The translations under genes and the position numbers were made by a program. Under the pieces are notes generated by a model. It was not told the DNA's origin. It did not search any database and saw only the letters and a program-made list of their open reading frames with translations. Shown here one piece after another: positions 1 through 9,689 of a stretch of 54,773 nt of DNA (its first letter is position 1; each line of letters starts with the position of its first letter). This stretch comes from Candidatus Hodarchaeota archaeon (GTDB lineage: Archaea > Asgardarchaeota > Heimdallarchaeia > Hodarchaeales > Hodarchaeaceae): NCBI GenBank assembly GCA_016839815.1, contig JAEOTM010000196.1, forward strand, positions 1-54,773, in the 5' to 3' direction.

Positions 1-151
1 ATTGATTTTGAAAATGCAATTGAGCTTCTGCTAAGCCAGTAGCTGTTCTATCTGCCTCTGTAAAGTGTTTCCATATTGCATAAGGAATCTCTATAGTAAG
101 CTGTTGAGTCATTACAGCTTTTAAAGTTGTATATTTATCGGAAAGTGCCAT
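1..151 (-). CDS. Partial (runs off window start) uroporphyrinogen decarboxylase/MtaA-CmuA (URO-D) family protein
   Basis: Manual translation from ATG at 151: MALSDKYTTLKAVMTQQLTIEIPYAIWKHFTEADRTATGLAEAQLHFQNQ. The P-x3-W-x-HF...LAEA-x3-FQ pattern resembles the URO-D family N-terminus. Confidence 0.55.
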   Translation of the reverse strand, partial: MALSDKYTTLKAVMTQQLTIEIPYAIWKHFTEADRTATGLAEAQLHFQNQ

Positions 152-298
152 ATTAAGTCATTCATAGGGAATAATTCAGGATTTGATTAATCTTATTCCT
201 AACTGCGATCTTTAGTTGACGTAAATAGAAGTCAGTTAATGTAATTCAATCTTCCTATTTCAAGAGAAGAATATTATTTTGGTAAAAAAGGCCAACTC

Positions 299-628
299 TC
301 AGACATGGGACATTTTTCCGCACTTAGGACAGAAAAAAACACCTGTTTTAGGCGCATATTCGGGGATATAGTTGCAATGGGGACAGACATAGGAAAGTTT
401 TGCGAGTTTGAATCGCTCCATTAGTTTGTCTTCTCTTCTTCCAGCTCGGACTCTCATAATGATAAATAAAACTAGGTGGAAGATTATTATTGGAGACAAA
501 TATAAGAGGATCTTTAAATTATATTCCGCTCCTTCAACCCACTCGGTAGGAGGTAAATCATGTAGGAAAATCCATACTTTTTCTCCCCAGTATGCCATTC
601 CATCACTGAGCCAATCTGCGTAATACAT
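299..628 (-). CDS. Small membrane protein with C-terminal zinc ribbon
   Basis: One hydrophobic helix, then CPHC-x13-CPKC; GGAGA SD-like motif upstream. Confidence 0.7.
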   Translation of the reverse strand: MYYADWLSDGMAYWGEKVWIFLHDLPPTEWVEGAEYNLKILLYLSPIIIFHLVLFIIMRVRAGRREDKLMERFKLAKLSYVCPHCNYIPEYAPKTGVFFCPKCGKMSHV

Positions 629-773
629 TGATATTTCTCCAGAGCTATATAGTATGAGTACTAGCTATCAATAACAATTAAAGCCTTTCCTGAATGAATC
701 CCTACAATTACTCACGACATTTTGTTACATTTCAGATCACTTCTTCGGTTTCTCACACTGGAAGGATGACATT

Positions 774-1406
774 ATGAGTCATAAGGGCCGTCATTCCTTA
801 GTTGAACGTTTCAATTCCCTCCATCATTTTTCACAATATCAAAATTTGGGACGTTATCGTTTAGCTCAACTTCTGGGTCTAACTAGAGATCAAACACGAC
901 CTATTCTCGAGTATTTGGTTTTTAAAAGACTCATTAAGAAAATTAGCCGTCGGAAGGGACATTCTCTTACCCAAGAAGGGAACAATTTCATCTTATGGAC
1001 AAAAAAATTCTTCTTTCTTTCCCCTCAACGAGTCTATTTTGGTTCCGATTTTACGGTTGGAGCTAATGATGCTGTGGTGTGCTTAGATGCAGATGGAGTT
1101 GACCATCTTAACACTGTTGTTCTTCGTGATGAAGCTTTGCTTGCAGGTTCTAAAGGGTGCACCGTTTTTTTTCAAACATCTGAAGATCATATCTTTCTTC
1201 TTGATGTAGTTTACCCACCATTGCCCTCTTCCCCTGTAACTTCAAGAAAGATCAGGAAACTAATCAAAACTGTTACTAAAGATCTATCTTGGAAAAATAC
1301 TATTGTTGTTGTTGGAACTGGAGATTCTTTTCCTCTTGCCCAAAAAGGTGCCATGGCTGCTAGCTTGTTATTTATTTCTGAGGACATTAAAAAGGTTCTT
1401 TTGTAA
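774..1406 (+). CDS. Archaeal winged-HTH protein, DUF4443/DUF2111-like
   Basis: N-terminal wHTH (LGRYRLAQLLGL...GHSLTQEG) plus LRDEALLAGSKG and VVVGTG motifs. Confidence 0.65.
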   Translation: MSHKGRHSLVERFNSLHHFSQYQNLGRYRLAQLLGLTRDQTRPILEYLVFKRLIKKISRRKGHSLTQEGNNFILWTKKFFFLSPQRVYFGSDFTVGANDAVVCLDADGVDHLNTVVLRDEALLAGSKGCTVFFQTSEDHIFLLDVVYPPLPSSPVTSRKIRKLIKTVTKDLSWKNTIVVVGTGDSFPLAQKGAMAASLLFISEDIKKVLL

Positions 1407-1411
1407 TTAAT

Positions 1412-1888
1412 TTATTCCCAAAGCTTTGGATTGTGATTTTCGGTTAGGTTTGAAGGTCTAGAGACAAGTAAATGTTCAAACCAAGGCGGAAGGGTAATTT
1501 TTCCATCTATTCTATCTCCGTTTGGTAAATATGGCTTAATATCAATAACTGGTGTTCCTTCAAATGCATCAATATAGTCAAGAAAAATAAAAGATTCCTT
1601 TATATCAACTATATGAGCTAAAGTCATACCAATTGGATTTGGTCGTCTTGGTGATCGTGTCGCAAAGGTTCCCATTTGCTCAGGATGAATTGGGGTATTC
1701 CTGACTCTAGGTGTAGTTATACGGGCGTGTCTAGCCTCTTTCGTATCATTTTCATGAATCCACCATAGAATGAAAATATGAGATATTGTTTCCAATCGAA
1801 ATAGTCCATCTCTGTATTCGGAAAGAATTTCGATGAATGATTTTCCCTCTGCTTTACGAATGTATCCTATTGGTTTGATTTCAAACAA
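1412..1888 (-). CDS. trmO: tRNA m6t6A37 methyltransferase TrmO (TsaA/YaeB family)
   Basis: IKPIGYI, GTFATRSPRRPNPIG and DAFEGTPVIDIKPY signature motifs. Confidence 0.9.
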   Translation of the reverse strand: MFEIKPIGYIRKAEGKSFIEILSEYRDGLFRLETISHIFILWWIHENDTKEARHARITTPRVRNTPIHPEQMGTFATRSPRRPNPIGMTLAHIVDIKESFIFLDYIDAFEGTPVIDIKPYLPNGDRIDGKITLPPWFEHLLVSRPSNLTENHNPKLWE

Positions 1889-2196
1889 TTATTCACACCA
1901 TTTGAATCATGAAAAGATAAGATTGAAATAAGTTTTTTAGAAGTTATCAAGATTATCAATCTCGATTTCCTGTTCTTATACGTATTTCTTTAACGAAAAT
2001 ACTGTTTATATTATATATAAGAAAAAAGCTATTGTGTGTTATAGAATTCTAGTAAAAATTTTTCTTGATTTCACTTTTAGTTAAAATAATTTTTATTAAA
2101 GTACTTTTAAACATATTAAAAACCATCTAATAATAAAATAAATTGTTTAAGCGGGAATTACAGAAAATCGTATAGGTCGTAACCCCTATAATTGCA

Positions 2197-3321
2197 TTGT
2201 TCTGTCGAATCCACAAGCAATTGATCATAATTTATGGGATGAATTTGGAACATCGTTATAGTTATTACACTTTAATCATTATATTCTGTATTTCTTTAGG
2301 AATTACTGCTGTACAAGTCAATTCACAAATTGAAATGGAACAAACATCGTCTTCAAATACTTCTTATCCTTTTACTCTTACAGATGGCCTTGGACGTAAT
2401 GTTACTTTCACTGAAGAGCCACAGAAAGTAATTAGCATTGCTCCTAGTGCAACAGAAATTATATTTGCAGTTGGGGCTGGTGATAAAGTCATTGCAGTGG
2501 ACTTCAGTAGTAATTATCCCAATGAAACAGCATCCTTACCGAAAGTGAATAATTTTCCATCAATTGATTTAGAAGCTTTACTTGTTCTCAACCCTGACCT
2601 TGTTTTTGGTGCGGGAATTACCAGTAATGAAGATGTGGCCGCAATGGAAAATCAGGGAATCCAGGTTTTCATCCTAGCACCGTTTACAATTACTGAAGTT
2701 CTTGATGATATAGGAAATGTAGGGCAAATTCTGAATCATGTAACCGAAGCCAGTACTCTGAAGGATTCAATTCAATCCCGTTTAGACTCTGTACTTGTGA
2801 ATACCTCCTCTCTCTCTTATCGTCCTAAAGTATATCTAGAATTTGCATCTGATCCTCTATACACATTTGGTAAAGGAACCTATGGTCATGATCTCATTGA
2901 ATTAGCAGGGGGTATTAATATTGCCGAGAATGCAACAGATCTGTATCCTCTAGTTGATAATGAATTTGTGATTACAAGTAATCCTGATATTATATTATAT
3001 AGCAAAGGATCTTGGACAACAACAAACAGTTCCTCAATAAGTGCCCGCGTTGGCTGGGGAGCTATTACTGCAGTAAAAAATGGAATGATTTTCCCTATTA
3101 ATGAAGACTGGGTTTCTCGTGGTGGGCCTAGAATTATTGATGGTCTCGAAGCGATCCACTCTAGGGTACAAGAAGTACTGAGAGATAAAGAGTCAAGCCT
3201 AGTAGATACATCAAGCTCAACAAAGATTAATACGGACATTATTCCATTCCAAACCTTTAATATTTTTGGAATTTTGCCTATCTTGGCTGTTATAGTATTC
3301 AGACGACTTCATCAATTATAA
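2197..3321 (+). CDS. btuF: Cobalamin/Fe-siderophore ABC substrate-binding protein (BtuF-like); start may be ATG 2239
   Basis: TLTDGLGRNVT, KVISIAPSATEIIFAVG, LNPDLV, SRGGPRIIDGLE; signal peptide; C-terminal Ser/Thr linker, TM helix and basic tail. Confidence 0.8.
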   Translation: MFCRIHKQLIIIYGMNLEHRYSYYTLIIIFCISLGITAVQVNSQIEMEQTSSSNTSYPFTLTDGLGRNVTFTEEPQKVISIAPSATEIIFAVGAGDKVIAVDFSSNYPNETASLPKVNNFPSIDLEALLVLNPDLVFGAGITSNEDVAAMENQGIQVFILAPFTITEVLDDIGNVGQILNHVTEASTLKDSIQSRLDSVLVNTSSLSYRPKVYLEFASDPLYTFGKGTYGHDLIELAGGINIAENATDLYPLVDNEFVITSNPDIILYSKGSWTTTNSSSISARVGWGAITAVKNGMIFPINEDWVSRGGPRIIDGLEAIHSRVQEVLRDKESSLVDTSSSTKINTDIIPFQTFNIFGILPILAVIVFRRLHQL

Positions 3322-3328
3322 TAGATAC

Positions 3329-4492
3329 ATGGGGAACTTTTTATTGTCATTAAGTCGAAAAAACAGGATAAAAAAATCTCTCTCCTACGATTCTCTCACT
3401 CATTATCAAAAGAAGAGATTCTACTGGATATTGTTAATTTTTATTAGCAGCTTTGGACTTATAGTATGCATTCTTGGTGCTCTTATGTTCGGAGCGGCTG
3501 GTCCCTTTGGTCCTGCAAACACACGAATCTTTACAATTATCGATGTTTTACAGGAATTAATGAGAAATCTCCTAAAACCAATCCTAGACTTCTTCCACTT
3601 ACCTGTGAGTGAGGAAGTAAGCCTTTCAAAGGTTATTATATGGGATATTCGACTTCCGAGAGTTCTTATGGGTGCTCTTGTTGGAATGGCATTAGCTGTT
3701 GCAGGAACAGTTATGCAAGCACTTTTTCGTAATCCAATGGCTGATCCATACATTATTGGTTTAGCATCAGGTGCATCTGTAGGAGCCTCAATTGTTATTG
3801 TTGCTGGTAGTTCTTTATTCTTATTTGCAGACTACACACTCCCAATTTTCGCTTTTGGTGGAGCTTTAATTACCATTATACTCGTGTACCAGATTTCTAA
3901 TATCCAAGGAACGATCAGCGTGGATACTTTGCTTCTCTCTGGAATTACAGTTGGATCCTTTATGACAGCAATTACTTCATTTTTAACCTACATCTCTGGG
4001 GAACATTTACGACCAATTGTTTTTTGGTTGATGGGAGGATTATCATTAGTTGAAGGAGATTGGGATTCCGTAATAATTGCAGCGCTTATTATTGTTCCTT
4101 CTTGTCTTATTTGCCTGATACTTGCCAGGCCCTTGAATTTATTATTATTAGGTGAGGAAACAGCCCAATTTCGAGGATTGGATGTTCAGAAAATCCAACG
4201 TATACTTTTAATCCTAGCTACGTTAATGACAGCAGTTTCAGTTGCATTTACAGGAGTGATTGGTTTTGTAGGCCTCATTATACCACATTTAGTCCGGTTG
4301 ATCACAGGACCCGATCATCGCATTCTTCTTCCTGTATCTGCTTTAAGTGGTGCTACTTTTCTGATCCTAGCAGATGTACTTGCTAAAACCATTATCTATC
4401 CTACTGAATTGCCTGTGGGTATAATTACGGCTTTTTGTGGAGCACCATTCTTTCTTTATTTATTACGTAAATATAAAAAAACCAGGTACTAA
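3329..4492 (+). CDS. btuC: FecCD/BtuC-family ABC permease
   Basis: IRLPRV, QALFRNPMADPYIIG, GVIGFVGLIIPHLVR, ELPVGIITAFCGAPFF. Confidence 0.85.
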   Translation: MGNFLLSLSRKNRIKKSLSYDSLTHYQKKRFYWILLIFISSFGLIVCILGALMFGAAGPFGPANTRIFTIIDVLQELMRNLLKPILDFFHLPVSEEVSLSKVIIWDIRLPRVLMGALVGMALAVAGTVMQALFRNPMADPYIIGLASGASVGASIVIVAGSSLFLFADYTLPIFAFGGALITIILVYQISNIQGTISVDTLLLSGITVGSFMTAITSFLTYISGEHLRPIVFWLMGGLSLVEGDWDSVIIAALIIVPSCLICLILARPLNLLLLGEETAQFRGLDVQKIQRILLILATLMTAVSVAFTGVIGFVGLIIPHLVRLITGPDHRILLPVSALSGATFLILADVLAKTIIYPTELPVGIITAFCGAPFFLYLLRKYKKTRY

Positions 4493-4505
4493 TCGAGGGT
4501 TATCT

Positions 4506-5309
4506 GTGGATATAAAAGTTGAAAACGTCTCATTCAAGTTTGATAGGGAAAAAATCCTAGATGCGATATCTTTTAATGCCAAGAAAGGACAGATTCTCGG
4601 GATTATTGGGCCTAATGGTTCTGGGAAAACTACACTATTACGTTGCCTTGCAGGAGTTCTCAAACCGGATCAGGGCACAATCTATATTAAAAGTAAGGAT
4701 GTCCAGACTTATAGTAGAAAAGAACTTGCTCGAATTCTCTCTGTTGTTCCTCAAATTAGTACATTTACCACAGGATTTACAGTTTTCGAGACAGTTCTAA
4801 TGGGCAGATACCCACATCTAGGGATATATCAGCGGGAGTCAGAAAAAGATTATAAAATTGTTACTTCAGCCTTAGATCGGGTGGGAATAACACACCTAGG
4901 AAATAGGGTGGTCACTGAACTTAGTGGAGGAGAAAAACAATTAGTGACTATTGCACTAGGTCTGGCACAAGAACCCACTATTCTGTGTCTCGATGAACCA
5001 ACCTTGCATCTCGATATCAATATGCAGTATAAAATTATGGAGTTAAGTAAAGAAATATGTCGAAATAAGCAGATCGGAGTGATTGTCGTACTTCATGATC
5101 TTGCTCTAGCCGCTCAGTATTGTGATAAGATTATCATATTGAAAGATGGACGAATCCATGCTTTTGGATCTCCAGATGAGGTAATTAGCAGAGAATATAT
5201 CGAATCTACCTATGGAGTAAAGGTTATTGTTGGACGAGACACTGTAACGGATTTAAAGTATATTGTACCGAATTTGCACAGTAAAAAAGAGAGTAGAAGT
5301 GTTAATTAA
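4506..5309 (+). CDS. btuD: BtuD/FepC-family ABC ATPase (start moved to GTG 4506)
   Basis: Walker A GPNGSGKT, LSGGEKQ, LDEPT, VLHDL; GAGGG just upstream of GTG 4506, and this start avoids overlap with the permease. Confidence 0.85.
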   Translation: MDIKVENVSFKFDREKILDAISFNAKKGQILGIIGPNGSGKTTLLRCLAGVLKPDQGTIYIKSKDVQTYSRKELARILSVVPQISTFTTGFTVFETVLMGRYPHLGIYQRESEKDYKIVTSALDRVGITHLGNRVVTELSGGEKQLVTIALGLAQEPTILCLDEPTLHLDINMQYKIMELSKEICRNKQIGVIVVLHDLALAAQYCDKIIILKDGRIHAFGSPDEVISREYIESTYGVKVIVGRDTVTDLKYIVPNLHSKKESRSVN

Positions 5310-5356
5310 TTTAGCTTACAGTAAAAGAATCTAAAGAATAATTGCATTAGGTTTCA

Positions 5357-5716
5357 TTGATGTCGGTAATTCCCCCTTCTATTAGGAAATTTCTTGATTC
5401 GGGACGAGGAGAAATTCGTCAGCTTGAACATGAATATCATATATGGCTAATAGCTACTTTACTTGCAGGTATCACAAGTATCTTACTGATTATTGCTCTT
5501 TTGCTCCTCTTTACTATCGAAAGTAATAATAACCTGATATTCATACGGATAATCATTGGATTAGCATTTATTAGCAATGTAATTATTTTTTCTATAGTTT
5601 ACCAAGAAACGCTATCTCGTAGGCGATATTTACTGGAAATTCAGCGTCTGATGATGAATGGCCTATCTTTCCTTGAATCTATTCGACGTGGATTTCGAGA
5701 TATGTTCGGAAAGTAA
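5357..5716 (+). CDS. Hypothetical two-TM membrane protein
   Basis: Two hydrophobic segments; fills the gap downstream of btuD. Confidence 0.55.
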   Translation: MMSVIPPSIRKFLDSGRGEIRQLEHEYHIWLIATLLAGITSILLIIALLLLFTIESNNNLIFIRIIIGLAFISNVIIFSIVYQETLSRRRYLLEIQRLMMNGLSFLESIRRGFRDMFGK

Positions 5717-5844
5717 GATTCAATCTAGACATATCAACAGAAAACTGTGAATTTACAAATCATTATTAATGGGTACTGAGTTATTAGAAAGTGCATATCA
5801 GTCTAGTACTTACCTGAAGTGCTAGTGCACTGTTTAAACTTTTT

Positions 5845-6258
5845 ATGAGGAAATCACTAATGCCCGAAGCAAATATTCCTGGAATGGCGTTCAAAGCACG
5901 TTTAACTAAAAGAAAAGGGAATCCAGTTGTTGAACTTATTTTTCGTGGAGATGTAGTGACATCTGTCGATTTAGGTGAACACTTGTCGGAAGCAGTTGTT
6001 GAAACGGGTCTGAAAATGGCCTGTAAGGAAGCTGATATCGAGCATCAAGTACCGAAAGCTTTACTAGGACAAGTTGCAGGGGAGTTATATAAAAATGCAG
6101 GTTTAGCCGAAGGTAAATCATTAGTGCCTCAGGAATTTGAAACAGGGTTAGAATCTTCTTCTCTCGACCGTCGATTAGAACTTATTATGAGTACCCTTGT
6201 TAAAATCAATAAGCGTCTGGATAGAATCGAAACCTTACTAGAAGACTCATCTAGTTAA
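5845..6258 (+). CDS. Hypothetical protein with C-terminal coiled coil
   Basis: 137-aa ORF; heptad tail LDRRLELIMSTLVKINKRLDRIETLL. Confidence 0.65.
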   Translation: MRKSLMPEANIPGMAFKARLTKRKGNPVVELIFRGDVVTSVDLGEHLSEAVVETGLKMACKEADIEHQVPKALLGQVAGELYKNAGLAEGKSLVPQEFETGLESSSLDRRLELIMSTLVKINKRLDRIETLLEDSSS

Positions 6259-6367
6259 GAATCGGGAATCTTTCCCAATATCGATTCCAACAACATTCTT
6301 GTAGAAACTAAGTGAATCTTTATATAGATTCATTCATCCGCCTGTTTGAAGAGTATTTCATGCCTTA

Positions 6368-6524
6368 CCCTTGGTAGCTCAGCCTGGAAGCTTTGGTTCA
6401 TGTAGAGCCTTAGTCTAATGAGCCCTCGGCTGTAGACAAATGTCACACCTTTGAGTAATCGATGACGAGGTTGTTAGTCAGGGCAGTCACCGAGTTGTCC
6501 CGTGTTCAAATCACGGCCAAGGGA
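6368..6524 (+). tRNA. tRNA-Tyr(GUA) with two introns (D-loop ~6390-6419; canonical 37/38 intron 6436-6488)
   Basis: Acceptor CCCTTGG/CCAAGGG+A, D stem GCTC/GAGC, anticodon stem CTCGG/CCGAG with GTA at 6432-6434, T arm CCGTG-TTCAAAT-CACGG. The 37/38 intron has a bulge-helix-bulge core: CTGT/GCAG helix with AGA and TCA bulges. CCA is not encoded. Confidence 0.92.
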
Positions 6525-6550
6525 TCTCTTACTTTTACTCATGTTGACTG

Positions 6551-7831
6551 ATGCGAGAGCTTTTCTTAATGGTGAAAAATGGCAACAAGTATATTGTGTT
6601 ACTTTATTGGGACAAAATAACTTGGTACGCATTTGGAGCTATTACAGCAAGTCTTAATCAATCACATATTCCATTTGAAGTTTTCAAAGGAGAGATTATT
6701 CCTAAGATTGAAGAATGGACTAATGATGGTTATTCTGTGATATTTGGAGAATCCTCTCGAAATATGACATTATCAGGATTAAAAACACGCTTAAAAACAA
6801 TTGAGAACACTTTCTCATCAAAAGAAGTTATTTCAGTGATTGGAGGCCCACACGCATCAGGTAATCCGCTTCAAATTTTGAATATGGGTGCTAATTTCGT
6901 TGTTATTGGTGAAGGAGAAGTTACATTCCCCAAATTAATACATTCACTAGAAATGCAGGACTTTTCACTTCAACCACAAATAAACTTACCAGGAATAGCG
7001 TATCTTGACTCAAACAGAGATTTAGTGAAAGCTCCTTCTCGTCCTCGGATTGATCTTAATCACTATTGTCCTTACTCTGCTCATGAACCCTTTCCTCTTC
7101 ACCCACCTATTGAGATCATGCGTGGGTGTGCATTTCGATGTCGTTTCTGCCAAGTACCCTATATGTATGGAAATCCCAGATTTCGCTCAATTGAATCAAT
7201 CGGTAAAATTATTGATCATTATTATCACTACTTCCAACCATTAAAGAAACATGTCGACATCCGTATTATAGCTCCTAACTCATTGGGTTATATGGAGAAA
7301 AAACGCGGAGTTCCTAATATATTTGCCCTTAAAGAACTTATTAAACGCATTCGTCAGTATGAAGTTAGGTTATTTCTTGGAACATTCCCCTCTGAAGTTA
7401 GACCAGAATATATAACAGAAGATGTTGTCTCGTTATTTTCGACAGTGGAAAATACACAAATTTCTGTTGGATTTCAAAGTGGTTCTGATAGGGTGTTATC
7501 TGACATGCGTCGTGGGCATAATGTTGATGCAGGATTGCAAGCATATGAGTTATTAACTGATCAAGGATATACACCGAAGTTTGACTTTATTCTTGGCACT
7601 CCATATGAAACAGAGCAGGATCAATGGGATACTCTAGGTATAATTCGTGAACTAGGTAAAAAATCTCAAGTACGATTGCATTATTTTATGCCTTTGCCTG
7701 GAACACCATGGGCATTAGAAAACCCCTCTCCTCTTTTTCCTCAGGTTCATTCTGAAATAGGTCGTCTTGCACACGATGAGATTCTTTCAGGGGATTTCGA
7801 TCGTCAGTATTCCTTCAGTAAAAGAAAATGA
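6551..7831 (+). CDS. B12-binding domain/radical SAM protein (MJ1487-like); start may be 6569
   Basis: IGGPHASG and VVIGEGE (B12-binding domain); EIMRGCAFRCRFC (CxxxCxxC); FPSEVRPE; GFQSGSD; HYFMPLPGTP. Confidence 0.85.
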   Translation: MRELFLMVKNGNKYIVLLYWDKITWYAFGAITASLNQSHIPFEVFKGEIIPKIEEWTNDGYSVIFGESSRNMTLSGLKTRLKTIENTFSSKEVISVIGGPHASGNPLQILNMGANFVVIGEGEVTFPKLIHSLEMQDFSLQPQINLPGIAYLDSNRDLVKAPSRPRIDLNHYCPYSAHEPFPLHPPIEIMRGCAFRCRFCQVPYMYGNPRFRSIESIGKIIDHYYHYFQPLKKHVDIRIIAPNSLGYMEKKRGVPNIFALKELIKRIRQYEVRLFLGTFPSEVRPEYITEDVVSLFSTVENTQISVGFQSGSDRVLSDMRRGHNVDAGLQAYELLTDQGYTPKFDFILGTPYETEQDQWDTLGIIRELGKKSQVRLHYFMPLPGTPWALENPSPLFPQVHSEIGRLAHDEILSGDFDRQYSFSKRK

Positions 7832-7848
7832 TTATACTCTATTGTGAG

Positions 7849-8106
7849 TTATTTTTTTTTCATTCGGAGCTGTCTTTCAGCATTAAGTTGTCGTTCCGCA
7901 ACATTAATAATTTTGAGGATAACAACAACCCATAACACGGTTGTTAAGATCGATAATGTGCCCCCTGTGTTCCACGTATCGCGCTGTAAGAAACCAATAG
8001 AAATAATATTTTCTAGTATAACCAAACAAGGGAGAATCCATACCAAATTACTTAGAGAAACAATTAATTTGGCCTCAGCTGATTCTAATGTCATATCTTC
8101 TATCAT
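7849..8106 (-). CDS. Small two-TM membrane protein
   Basis: Two hydrophobic helices and a basic tail; GGAG upstream; more plausible than the antisense ORF. Confidence 0.55.
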   Translation of the reverse strand: MIEDMTLESAEAKLIVSLSNLVWILPCLVILENIISIGFLQRDTWNTGGTLSILTTVLWVVVILKIINVAERQLNAERQLRMKKK

Positions 8107-8306
8107 CTAAAGCATAACTCCAATAAAACCTATCTTCCAAGATACTTCAGGTCATGGATCTATTTAAAGATATAAATGACGGAACTTTGAGTAATAGTAT
8201 TAACGCTAAAAGGGTTTAATTTTTCCGTACGGGATAAAATCTCATTTGATAACGATTTCTGCTCCAATTTGGAACTTAGAATCACCTAAACAGAAGTAAG
8301 AGACAT

Positions 8307-9527
8307 TTAAAAATAATCTCGAAGAGTAGCTGGTTGTTTTGGAAAGATATGAGATAATTTACTGAAATCTGAGTGTGAACCGGAAATTTTACCCACCTCT
8401 GCCAATTCTGTGACTGAATATGTTCCAAATAGAATCTGACTTAACGCATTAATAGATAATTGAACATTCGATTCTCGACGCGCTTCCTTTAACTGACAGT
8501 GGCCATTTTCTACCTGCAATTCGAATGTTTTGTTATTCCAAGGACAATGATCGTCTGTAAGAATAAAACTAACCTTTTCTACTAGGTGATTCGGGAACTC
8601 CAACTTCGATACCAGGTTCTCCAAATCTATAATTCTGAACATAGAATTACTCAGATGTCGTTTTTCTTTTATGTCTGGGTTTTTCATATAAAGAAGGTAG
8701 TTTGAGTCAAGAGGAGCAAATTTAATGTACTTTCTTTGGGAATCATGATTTGCGAGGAAATTAAGTAATGCTTGTTTCGTTTCAGGATCGCTACTTACCA
8801 TTTCTCGAACTTCAATGAAAGGGAATTCATTTCGATGATCTTTTTGTTCAAATCTAATAATCACATATCCTAAATCATTGCCATCAAGATCCTGACAAAT
8901 AAATTGAAATCCCCGTGAGTTCCAGCTCCAACCCATAAGCTCTTTCCATATACTTGAAGAACGTTTTACTAATCCATCCGTTTCTTCAGCTACTTTGCCG
9001 TACAGAGCTTGGCAACGGGCATAATCTGGATGAAAATCCTCTTCAATTCGACGATTCGGAGTAGGTTTCTGAGTGATATTTGAGCAACGAATCGTGTACA
9101 CATCGAGGGAGTCTGCATGCGCATACCCAACTTTTTCATAAAATTCATAGGAAAAAGGATAGAGTGCAGACACGAGGTACCCCTTTTTTTGTAGATCTTG
9201 AAACACAAATGTAAATAATTCAGTTATATGGTGTTTTCGTCTGTACTCTGGCTTACAAGCAACAGCTGAAACCCCCGCCATCTTTATCCAAGACCCTCGG
9301 ATACGTTGTGAAAAATCAATAATACCAATGACGGCCGAAATTGTTTTATTTTCTTCTATGACATAGTCTGTTAAAGGATAAATGACTAAAGGAAATGGTT
9401 CTGGTGTTTTCGGAGGGTCATATCGATTTTTCCTTCCTTCGAATGCGTAGACCCTAATTTTTCTAATTGCTTCTTTGTCATTATCAGTAGCTAGTCGACA
9501 GTGCATAGAGATCAACTTGTGGAACAA
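8307..9527 (-). CDS. Eis-family GNAT acetyltransferase (two GNAT domains + SCP2-like C-terminus); start may be ATG 9506
   Basis: GVSAVACKPEYRRK, SALYPFSYEFYEKVGY, FRIID, DDHCPWN, LSQILFG. Confidence 0.85.
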   Translation of the reverse strand: MFHKLISMHCRLATDNDKEAIRKIRVYAFEGRKNRYDPPKTPEPFPLVIYPLTDYVIEENKTISAVIGIIDFSQRIRGSWIKMAGVSAVACKPEYRRKHHITELFTFVFQDLQKKGYLVSALYPFSYEFYEKVGYAHADSLDVYTIRCSNITQKPTPNRRIEEDFHPDYARCQALYGKVAEETDGLVKRSSSIWKELMGWSWNSRGFQFICQDLDGNDLGYVIIRFEQKDHRNEFPFIEVREMVSSDPETKQALLNFLANHDSQRKYIKFAPLDSNYLLYMKNPDIKEKRHLSNSMFRIIDLENLVSKLEFPNHLVEKVSFILTDDHCPWNNKTFELQVENGHCQLKEARRESNVQLSINALSQILFGTYSVTELAEVGKISGSHSDFSKLSHIFPKQPATLRDYF

Positions 9528-9689
9528 AAAATGAGATTTATAATTAGTTATTCCTCTCGGTAAAAACAGATTTCATGTCGAAATACACTAAATTCATATG
9601 GTAAGATAGGAGCTTTAAGAATAAATACTCATAATCAAGAGAATTTATTGTTGATTACAACCCAGTAATACTGGAAATGTGAATAGCTT

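Noticed and set aside
2148-2196. Cobalamin riboswitch upstream of btuF
   Set aside because: Only GGGAA and a T-loop-like hairpin resemble the consensus; the GCxACTG and B12-box elements are not visible. Kept only as a low-interest palindrome.
6436-6488. C/D box guide RNA inside the tRNA intron
   Set aside because: A GATGA is present, but there is no CTGA D box or convincing C box.
7851-7860. T10 homopolymer as a phase-variation tract
   Set aside because: It encodes the terminal Lys codons of 7849-8106 and probably serves as an oligo-T terminator for the convergent gene; slippage would have little effect.
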